Made by a program: the position numbers and the translations under genes. A model generated the notes under the pieces. It made no database searches. It saw only the letters and a list, made by a program, of their open reading frames with translations, and was not told the DNA's origin. This document shows, in pieces, positions 35,961 to 44,364 of a stretch of DNA of 64,000 nt. This stretch comes from Centroscyllium fabricii (Eukaryota). The stretch's first letter is position 1, and each line of letters opens with the position of its first letter. The DNA lies in the NCBI GenBank assembly GCA_051313645.2, contig JBNRSN020000005.1:141236001-141300000 (forward strand), read 5' to 3'.

Positions 35961-37830
35961 ACCCAACACCTCACCGAGAGAGCAGTGACCTGGGACCCAG
36001 AGCGGGGATATATTGTGATGGGATTTGGTTTAAGATAGTTGATGAATATGGGGAGATTTCGCTATGTAAGGTCGCAATATTCCCTGTTAAATCGGATTCA
36101 CAAAGACCAGAAACGAAGGATGGAGTATACACATTTTCTTTTATTTGGACAATGACAGACAAGACAGGCTGCGGCCTGATCAGTGAAAAGGGGCCTCCAA
36201 GATGGCCGCCGGACCACATGGCATAGTGCAAAACCGAAACTAAAACTCAACTCAAAAAGCCCGCGAAGAAACCAGACATAAAGGCGCTGTTAAACCTGTA
36301 AATAAATAGCCTGCCTTTTAGAAACCGATTAGCCCGACAAAGAAATGCACCCAGTTTAAATAAACACCCAAAACAACTGCAAATACGAAGCAGCTGGCCC
36401 GTTTAACCAGCTACAGAAATTGTATACCCTTCCAGCAGAAAGCGATTAGCACCCTTGAAAACAATGGGACTCTAACCGGAGAAGTTAGAGCCACCATCAA
36501 AACTATTACCGGCAGGCTTGGCTGGACAAAAGGAGTGCAGTAACCGCTTTCCACACACAATACAGGCTCTAATGGGAAAGACATTAGACATTTCGACTTT
36601 GGGGTATAACTAGCAGGACATTGCACAGTTCGATCTCTTGGCTCTTGAAAAGCGGTTGGAAACTCTTCTCTCTTGGAACTCTTAGCGCTGAGCTCTTAGC
36701 TCTTCTCATCGGTGAGCTCTTGGAGAAGGCTCTTGGATTTCTCTCTCTTGACTCGTGGAGGCGACCTCTTGAAGCGGTGAGGTCTAGCAGTGACTTTGGG
36801 TGGGCTGTCTTTCTCGAAGACTCCAGTTCAGCTTTCTGGGTGCAGGGCAAGCAGGGTGAAGGCTCTGGCAGGACAGCAGAGTTGGGTCAGGGCAGTATCG
36901 CATCGGAAAACCATTGCCGGTGAGGTAGTTAGTTGCTGAGGCCCATTAGCGAAGCAAGGCATTCAAAGTGAGTGAGTTAGAAAAGGCTGGTTGCAGTTGA
37001 CTAAGAATAAACTAGCATTCGAAGAGTGGGAGAGCAATTAGGCTAGCAGCCCGTTACAGTTCGGCTTGAGAGGGCAGGATCGGCATACCCCAGGGTCCGG
37101 TTCAGCCAGGGAGACGGTGTGGTTGGTGCGAGGAGATAGAGCAGCCTCGAGGAATCCGTCCGGGACCAGCCCGAGCAGGAGCAACCGCTGCCCAAAGGGA
37201 GAAAACAACGAGTGGACTCCCGAATCTTCCACAGCCACGTGACGACCGACGCTGCAGCCGAAGAAGCGAGGAACTTCATAGCAGATCCCGAGTATTACCG
37301 AGTGGTGAGCATGTGCCTCGATCCTACACACCTGGACATAGCTAGGCAATAGAGGGAAGGGTGGTTTATAGGGGGTGTATTTATAGAGTCATTGCCCCGA
37401 TTTACGTTGTGCCGTGCGTTCCCCATCCCATAAGTTATCTGTGTATGTACCTATATATATCTGTTTGGGAAACAGTTGTGGATGTATCATACTGTGTCAC
37501 TCTGATGAAATACAACCTAACTGCTGTAAATATATCTCTTGGTGTAATAAACCTTTATCCTGACTGCTGTAAATATATCTCTTGGTGTAATGAAAACCTT
37601 CCAACTTTACAAACTTTTGTTCGAGTATAAAATATCTGAGTCCAATCGGTATCCATCTCTCTCTCTCTCTCTTCCTGCACCTAAGTCCAGCGTCTAGAAC
37701 CGTAAAGAGTGAGCGATTCGAACCGCTCGCGGGGAGGAGGTTATTGCACGAGGCCTAGCGGACTGCTAGCGCAAGGCAGTAACGGACCCCAAGTCATACA
37801 GTAAAATATACGGCGCACGCTCCTTACAGA

Positions 37831-39753
37831 ATGGCGACCGCGGCAGGACGCTGGCAGCAGGAGAGAGATCTATTGGACTCAGCTTTGAATAAAAGAAGCG
37901 TAATGGAGGAAAGGATTGCTGATTATGTATTCAGCAAAGTTAATTTAACAAAGCAGTGGATTGGGGACCTGTTGGCAGACAAACGCCCACTGGATGCAGC
38001 TATCCGTTGGACGGGTAGCAAGGGGCATAAAAAGGCCGTAGAGAAAGCCGTATGGCTTATGTGTTATAAAAGGCAGGTCCAGCTTTCGGACCAGGTGATT
38101 GCGGCGCAGACCGCGCAGATAAAAGGGTTGGTCCTAGAAGTGGAGGAAAAGGTCTCAGGGGGGCAGCGGTTAATCACCGCGCTAGAGGCTCTAAATAATG
38201 AGCGCCAGGTGAAGACCAACCGTCATGAGGCTAGGGTTGAGCTCCTAGAAAGACAAGTCGTGGAGGCCATGTCAAGTGAAGGGAAGCTCAGGGAAAGGTG
38301 CGTCCGCCTAAGTGGCCAATTGAAGGCACAGGAGGAGGATTTACTGGGGATGAGGGCAGCATACAAAATGTCCCTCGAGGCCAAATATGAGGACGCCGAT
38401 CATAGCGCCTGTTTAAAGGAGATTCAGGACCTCAGGGAGGCCCTGAACAGGTCAAATGGTCTGGTGTGCCTCATCGACCCATCGGTGGGTGAGGTAAAGG
38501 TAGCTCAGGAACCCCCGAAGCCAAAGTTAAGGAGGAGGGCGCCGGAGGCACCAGCCCCCGCGCTCCCCGCGCGATCACCCCACTATACGCAAGCATGGGA
38601 GAAAGGGGACAGAGAGGAGGTGGCGGCAAAGGTTCCCAAAGTGGGGAATCCAGACCCGGCACCCATGTGTCCGGTTCGAGAGACGAGGCGGGGTCCCGAC
38701 ACTGCGGCTGGGGATCCCGGGCCCGTCCTGAATGAGGTTATAGTGCCCCATAGCTCGCAACAGATAAGGAGCATGATAGGGCATTTCAAGAAGCTGTCCG
38801 CAGCAGGCGATCCGTCCCTGCATTTTAGGGAGGTCGAACAGGCCGCAGCAATTAACGGCTGTGACGAAGGGGAGCAAGCCAGGATGTTGCTTTTCTCGTT
38901 GGATAGCTCTATCCTTCAGTGTCTCTCCGACGAGAGCAAAAGGGGGGAGAATTGTTATAACGACCTGCGGGACGAGGTCCTAGAAATATTAGGGATGGAC
39001 GATGAAGGTCCGTTTGTAAGGCTGGGTAGGACCGTGCAGATGGAGGGAGAACCCCCACGGGTTTTCGCCGGGAGGCTGTGGCCTGTGTATCAGCGCAGCT
39101 GCCCAGATGTACCTGCACGGGCTGTTTTGCGCGATGCCGGGAGAGCCCAGTGGCTCCGGTGTATCGTTGCCAACAGCCTACCCGCCGTTAGAGAGCAGGC
39201 GAAGGTGTGGTTTGACCCCACCGATGCTCTAACCACAGAGGAGACGGTCCTCAACCGACTCACGGTTGGGTATAAAAATACAAGGAGTTCGGTGATGCAC
39301 TGCGATAAGGGGAAGGTGTATGCGACTAACGCAAACGCCCCAGCGCAGAGAGAGTGGTATCAGGAGGGGGGCAACCCGGGGCAGTCTACATGTCATAGAT
39401 GCGGGAAGGCAGGCCACTGGCGCAGAGACTGTAGAGCCCCGTGGAGGGAGGTCAAGGAAAGAGCTCCCGCAGCCCCAGCCCGAGCACCCACTCCCACAGG
39501 AGGTGCCGGCGCCACTCTCAGTCCCGAAACAATTGAGTCCATGCTGGAAGCCATGAAGTTTTATATGACTTCCCAGGGGAAGGTAGCCCCAACCCGAGCA
39601 CCCGCTCCCACAGGAGGTGCCGGGGCAACCTTAAGTCCCGAGATGATTGAGTCCACGCTGGGGGCCATGAAGTTGTATATGGCTTCCCAGGGGAAGGCAG
39701 CGGTGGCCACCGGTTCCGCAGGCACCGCAGCCCCTCACGTGGAAACCCAATGA
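37831..39753 (+). CDS. gag: Gag, 640 aa: N-terminal coiled coil, capsid-like region, one CCHC knuckle, 38-aa duplicated tail
   Basis: CHRCGKAGHWRRDC; heptad-rich aa ~85-210; the first ATG overlaps the PBS, so the real start may be downstream (e.g. 37903). Confidence 0.88.
   Translation: MATAAGRWQQERDLLDSALNKRSVMEERIADYVFSKVNLTKQWIGDLLADKRPLDAAIRWTGSKGHKKAVEKAVWLMCYKRQVQLSDQVIAAQTAQIKGLVLEVEEKVSGGQRLITALEALNNERQVKTNRHEARVELLERQVVEAMSSEGKLRERCVRLSGQLKAQEEDLLGMRAAYKMSLEAKYEDADHSACLKEIQDLREALNRSNGLVCLIDPSVGEVKVAQEPPKPKLRRRAPEAPAPALPARSPHYTQAWEKGDREEVAAKVPKVGNPDPAPMCPVRETRRGPDTAAGDPGPVLNEVIVPHSSQQIRSMIGHFKKLSAAGDPSLHFREVEQAAAINGCDEGEQARMLLFSLDSSILQCLSDESKRGENCYNDLRDEVLEILGMDDEGPFVRLGRTVQMEGEPPRVFAGRLWPVYQRSCPDVPARAVLRDAGRAQWLRCIVANSLPAVREQAKVWFDPTDALTTEETVLNRLTVGYKNTRSSVMHCDKGKVYATNANAPAQREWYQEGGNPGQSTCHRCGKAGHWRRDCRAPWREVKERAPAAPARAPTPTGGAGATLSPETIESMLEAMKFYMTSQGKVAPTRAPAPTGGAGATLSPEMIESTLGAMKLYMASQGKAAVATGSAGTAAPHVETQ
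37832..37849 (+). promoter_or_regulatory. Primer binding site complementary to the 3' end of tRNA-Arg(TCG)
   Basis: TGGCGACCGCGGCAGGAC is the reverse complement of GTCCTGCCGCGGTCG-CCA, the vertebrate tRNA-Arg(TCG) 3' end as I recall it; 3 nt after the LTR. Confidence 0.85.
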
Positions 39754-42700
39754 CTAAGACCCGCGCTGCCCATTTACCTGTGTCCGCTCCGTTATGATGC
39801 ATGGAGGAGACCTCTGGTGGAAATGGAGGTGGAGAGACAGGAGGGGAATTATCTGTTGGATACGGGGGCCTCATGCACCGTGATCCATACAGAGAAGCCG
39901 TTTAATTCCCCAATGTCCACCGGAGTCCCTTTTGCATTAGCAGGGTTTACGGGCAAGGAACAGGGGGGCGCGCGCTCTAGGCCACTCTCCATTCAGTTAG
40001 GAGCGCTCCACACCACTTGGGAGTGCATCCTACTGAAATGGGAAGAAGGAGGTGGCAGAGGTATAGTAGGAGCAGATTTTCTGGGAGCACACGGGATCAT
40101 GATCGACTTAAGGAACCACTGTTTATGGGCAGCCGAAAGTGGAAGAGGTGAAGTTGTGGTCATAGGGGAGGAAGAAGAGAAGGGGGCCCTATGCACCATG
40201 AAGCCGTCCGGAGGTTACGACCTCGATAGTTTGTCCAAAGGGGTTCCGGCCGACATGCAGGCGGCCGTAACGTGGAATATAAACGCCTTTGCGACCCACA
40301 AGCACGATTGCGGGAGGGTCTTAGGGTTTGAGGTTAGCGTACAGGGGGATCCCATGTCCCGACCCCAGAAACAGTATAACTTCCCTAAGGAAGCGGAGTC
40401 CGATCTGGAGACAGCGATGTCTTCACTGGTGCGGCAGGGCGTGTTGAGGCCGATAGCCACCCATGTGAACTCTCCGTTGTGGCCCGTACGGAAGCCAGAC
40501 AACTCATGGAGAGCCACGGTGGATTATCGGGTCCTCAACAGTAACATCCCCGCCTGCGCGCCCACGGTGGCAGCAGTTGCCGACCTGATCGGGAGTATTC
40601 CCGCTTCCGCCACGGTGTTTACGGTGTTGGATATTTCCAACGGGTTTTGGTCCATCCCGCTGCGGAGGGAGGATCAGTACAAGTTTGCCTTTACGTTTAA
40701 AGGGCAGCAGTACACGTGGAATTGTTTGCCGCAAGGCTTCCACAACAGCCCCAGTATTTTCCACCAATGTATGGCAGGGAATTTAAAGGAGTTTAGTCAG
40801 CCCAATCAGATAGTGCAGTATGTGGACGACTTACTCCTGTTCACGGACACGAGGGATGAGCACTTGCCATTGCTAGGCGAGCTGCTGGAATTACTGGCTA
40901 GGAAGGGTTTTAAAATAAACCCGAAGAAGGCACGGATTGGCCAGACAGAAGTAAAGTTTCTGGGTCTGACCATCCGCGCGGGGGAAAGGGCCATAGATAA
41001 GGCCAGAAGGGAGTCGGTACAGGAGCTACCGATCCCGACCACCGTAAAGGGTGTGAGGTCCTTTTTGGGATTGACCGGCTATTGCAGAGACTTCATTGAG
41101 GACTATGCAGCCACAGCAGCTCCGCTGCTCCGACTCTTACATAAGGGAGTTGGGTGGTCATGGGATGAGGGCTGCCAGGCGGCGTTTGAAAAGTTGAAAA
41201 GGGACTTGCAAACCGCGCCAGCCCTGGGGGCCATAGAGGGGGGGAAGGAGTTTTCACTGGAGGTAGCAGCCGGCGAAGACAGCTTGAGCGCGGTGCTGCT
41301 CCAAGAGCGGCACGGCAAGCTGCGTCCGGTGGTGTATTCCTCAAGGGTACTCACGGAGGTAGAGAGGGGGTTCTCCAACTGCGAACGGCATCTCTTAGCC
41401 ACGCATTGGGCCGTGAAGAGATCATTAATCTTCACGGGAACCTCTCCCATTACTCTCCTCACCCACCACACGCCCACCAGGATGCTTCTGGATGGGAGGA
41501 TAAAGGATGGGACCGTGAGCAGCGCGAGAATTGCGCGCTGGACTCTTCTGTTGTCCCAAATGGATTTAAAAGTGGAGGGTTTGTGCGAGCCTAAGCTCGC
41601 AGCAAATTTGATGTACCCCGGAACGACCCATCGGTGTTCCGTGGAGGGGTTATGGGAGGTGAACATAGGTCTGCGAGCCGGGATACATCCCACGGGCCGC
41701 GAGATCTATGTTGATGGTTCCAGCACGGTGGTGGCTGGCGAACGACTCACGGGCTGCGGGATTTTTGACCCTACGGCAGACATTGCCTTGGCGGTTAAGC
41801 TTCCCCGCACCATGAGCGCGCAGCAGGCCGAGCTGTCGGCGGTGGCGTACGTGGTAACCCACCCCGAGATCTTCCCAACCCCGTACACAATTTGCTCTGA
41901 TAGTATGTTTACGTGCAACTCGTGCACGGAGTATCTGGCCATATGGTCACGTCGCGGGTACACTTCCGCGGACGGGTGGCCATTAACGGTGAAGCCCTTG
42001 TTGGAGAAGATCCTAGCGGCAGTAGGGGAAGAAGGGGAGATCTTCATCCACAAGGTGAAGGCTCACTCTTCCACGGAACCACGTGGGGGAGGCAATCAGC
42101 GGGCGGATGCGCTGGCCAAGGAGGGTGCTCGTGAAGGCACTTTCTGGGACCCCTACGGGTCCGGACCTGTGGCAGCGATTCGGGACAAGGAGGGGAACCG
42201 CCCCAGGGTTCCCTTGCCTTTGGATCTCAAAACGGTCCAAAACCAGGATCCCGTTTTAAAAGCTGTCCTCAAAGCTATTAGTGAGGACAAGCAGGTAGAG
42301 GGCCCATATAATAGGGCGACCCTCTCCGTTAAGGAAGGAATGTTGTTCAGGGAGGAACAGTGGGTTGTGCCGCAGCAGCACAGGAGGGAATTTCTCCAAT
42401 TGGCCCACGAGGGTCCAGGAGCAGGGCACCCCGGGCCAGAGGTTACGTGGCAACGGGTGGAACAGGCAGGGTGGTGGCCGGGACTCAGGGAAGATGCCCG
42501 AGAGTTCTGCGCCAGCTGCCTGGTGTGCGCTGCAAACAACCCAGACCCCCAAAGGAGGAAAGCGCAGATGGGGCACGTCAGGAGGGTGGAGGGACCGTGG
42601 CAGTCGATCCAAGTCGACTATATAGGGCCCTTACCCACCGCCCAGGGAGGCTATAAATATTGTCTCGTCCTGGTGGACGTGTTCTCCAAATGGGTAGAAG

Positions 42701-44364
42701 CTTTCCCCTGTAGGACGGCTACGGCCTTAGGTACTGCCAGGATTTTGGTCCGGGAGGTGTTCTCACGGTGGGGACTTCCCCGTTTTGTGGAGTCCGACCA
42801 GGGGAGTCACTTCACCGGCCAGGTCATGCAGAACACCCTCATGCTCTTAGGCATTGAAGGGAAATGGCACGTAGCGCACAACCCCCAGTCGTCAGGAATT
42901 GTGGAGCGCATGAACCGTACCCTTAAGGAACGGTTGAGGAAAGAGGCGATGGGCTCGCCCCAGAAATGGGCGGAGATCCTGCCTTTAATCCTCATGGGGA
43001 TCAGGGCCAGCCAGTCGAAAAGTACGGGATATTCCCCGCACGAGCTAATGACTGGAAGGGCCATGTGTACCCCCACTCATGTACTAGCTCCGGTGCTCAC
43101 GGAAGGACAGCTCGAGGAGGTAAAGAAGGACAGGTTTGCCCAAAATCTGTTCGAGCACCTAAAGCGAGTACACGAGCAGGCAGCAGGGAACATGGGCAGA
43201 CAGCATCAGGGGAACAAGCTGTTGCTGGAGCCCCGAAGAACGCAAGAATGGGAAGTGGGAGACCTGGTCATGGTGAGGAACTATGCCCGGGTCGGGAGTT
43301 TAGAGCCACTGTACATGGGGCCCTACAGCATTGTAGATAAGGCAAGCCCCATGGTTTATGCGGTGAAGGTGCCCCGACGCACAAAGTGGTTCCATATAAA
43401 CCAATGTAAAATGTATAAGTCGGGCACGCAGGGGTCGACCACAGGGGCAAGCCCTGTGAGTGGGAACGCCCAGCCAAGTGCAGGACGACAGGTCGCGCAG
43501 GCAGGCAAAGTAGCCTGCGTGAAAGGAGAGGCCCCGATGGAGGAGAGGAGGGTCTCTCGTGCTGTGTGGGATTCGGATGGGGAGGAGCCGGACCAACACA
43601 ACCAAGTGTTGGATCCGAGTGGCCAACCCGACCAAGGGTTGGACCTGATTGACCTATGCGACCCAGTGCTAGAGTCAATCACAGGGGAGGAGGAGGGGTC
43701 GGAGGACGGGGGTTCCGTTCTCGACTCGAATGCCGACGAGGTAGGGATAGCGGGCGGAGACTCACCACCTGAGGAGATAGGTGAGGTGAGGTCAGAAGCC
43801 GCAAGAGATCCCAGTCCCGGGGAAGCGAAGCTGAAGGAGGGAGGGTCGGTGCTGGCAGCTGTGAAGGAGTCACAGGCTGCAGCACGATCCAGCCCGGCCT
43901 TCAGTTCGTCGACGAGGCGAGAGGAGGGAGCGTCGATGCTGACAGATGTGACGGGGTCACAGGCTGTAGCACGACTTGGCCCGGTCCTCAGGTCGTCGAC
44001 CCAGGGGGCTCTCGGTCCCAGGGAAGCGAAGCTGGAGGGAGAGGGGTTGGGGCTGGCAGCTGTGAGGGAGTCACAGGCTGCAGCACAACCTGGCTCGGTC
44101 CTCAGTTCATCGGCCCAGGGAGCAGTACCTAAAGGCACCCTCCGTCGATCGGAAAGGGTACCTCCGCCCAGGAAAGCTTGGCCAGAACCGTCATATGCCC
44201 TCAGGAACAGGAAAAGCCCCCGCAAAAGGATAATTATCCACCCCCGACAAGCAGCACCAGGCTGCGGAGAATCAAAAGCAGCGACAGGCTGCGGGGAACC
44301 AAAGGGAAGGGTCAGCAAGGCACCGCCACGGGGAGCGGCCCACTACGACCCTGACAGGGGATAG
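39754..44364 (+). CDS. pol: Pol: protease, RT, degenerate RNase H (tether), retrovirus-type RNase H, integrase, ~300-aa C-terminal extension; in frame with gag
   Basis: LLDTGAS; LPQGF..YVDD; tether FSLEVAAG..RPVVYSSR; IYVDGSS..SAQQAEL..CSDS..KVKAHS..GNQRADALA; HEGPGAGH..CLVC, QVDYIG, SDQG, GIVER; no stop from 39754 to 44364. Confidence 0.95.
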   Translation, partial: LRPALPIYLCPLRYDAWRRPLVEMEVERQEGNYLLDTGASCTVIHTEKPFNSPMSTGVPFALAGFTGKEQGGARSRPLSIQLGALHTTWECILLKWEEGGGRGIVGADFLGAHGIMIDLRNHCLWAAESGRGEVVVIGEEEEKGALCTMKPSGGYDLDSLSKGVPADMQAAVTWNINAFATHKHDCGRVLGFEVSVQGDPMSRPQKQYNFPKEAESDLETAMSSLVRQGVLRPIATHVNSPLWPVRKPDNSWRATVDYRVLNSNIPACAPTVAAVADLIGSIPASATVFTVLDISNGFWSIPLRREDQYKFAFTFKGQQYTWNCLPQGFHNSPSIFHQCMAGNLKEFSQPNQIVQYVDDLLLFTDTRDEHLPLLGELLELLARKGFKINPKKARIGQTEVKFLGLTIRAGERAIDKARRESVQELPIPTTVKGVRSFLGLTGYCRDFIEDYAATAAPLLRLLHKGVGWSWDEGCQAAFEKLKRDLQTAPALGAIEGGKEFSLEVAAGEDSLSAVLLQERHGKLRPVVYSSRVLTEVERGFSNCERHLLATHWAVKRSLIFTGTSPITLLTHHTPTRMLLDGRIKDGTVSSARIARWTLLLSQMDLKVEGLCEPKLAANLMYPGTTHRCSVEGLWEVNIGLRAGIHPTGREIYVDGSSTVVAGERLTGCGIFDPTADIALAVKLPRTMSAQQAELSAVAYVVTHPEIFPTPYTICSDSMFTCNSCTEYLAIWSRRGYTSADGWPLTVKPLLEKILAAVGEEGEIFIHKVKAHSSTEPRGGGNQRADALAKEGAREGTFWDPYGSGPVAAIRDKEGNRPRVPLPLDLKTVQNQDPVLKAVLKAISEDKQVEGPYNRATLSVKEGMLFREEQWVVPQQHRREFLQLAHEGPGAGHPGPEVTWQRVEQAGWWPGLREDAREFCASCLVCAANNPDPQRRKAQMGHVRRVEGPWQSIQVDYIGPLPTAQGGYKYCLVLVDVFSKWVEAFPCRTATALGTARILVREVFSRWGLPRFVESDQGSHFTGQVMQNTLMLLGIEGKWHVAHNPQSSGIVERMNRTLKERLRKEAMGSPQKWAEILPLILMGIRASQSKSTGYSPHELMTGRAMCTPTHVLAPVLTEGQLEEVKKDRFAQNLFEHLKRVHEQAAGNMGRQHQGNKLLLEPRRTQEWEVGDLVMVRNYARVGSLEPLYMGPYSIVDKASPMVYAVKVPRRTKWFHINQCKMYKSGTQGSTTGASPVSGNAQPSAGRQVAQAGKVACVKGEAPMEERRVSRAVWDSDGEEPDQHNQVLDPSGQPDQGLDLIDLCDPVLESITGEEEGSEDGGSVLDSNADEVGIAGGDSPPEEIGEVRSEAARDPSPGEAKLKEGGSVLAAVKESQAAARSSPAFSSSTRREEGASMLTDVTGSQAVARLGPVLRSSTQGALGPREAKLEGEGLGLAAVRESQAAAQPGSVLSSSAQGAVPKGTLRRSERVPPPRKAWPEPSYALRNRKSPRKRIIIHPRQAAPGCGESKAATGCGEPKGRVSKAPPRGAAHYDPDRG

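Noticed and set aside
36411-37630. Short ORFs on both strands within the long LTRs (repeated at 45553-46772)
   Set aside because: No recognisable domains; identity between copies only reflects LTR duplication.
43356-44318. 320-aa antisense ORF under the pol tail
   Set aside because: GC-rich repetitive shadow frame with a non-ATG start and no motif.
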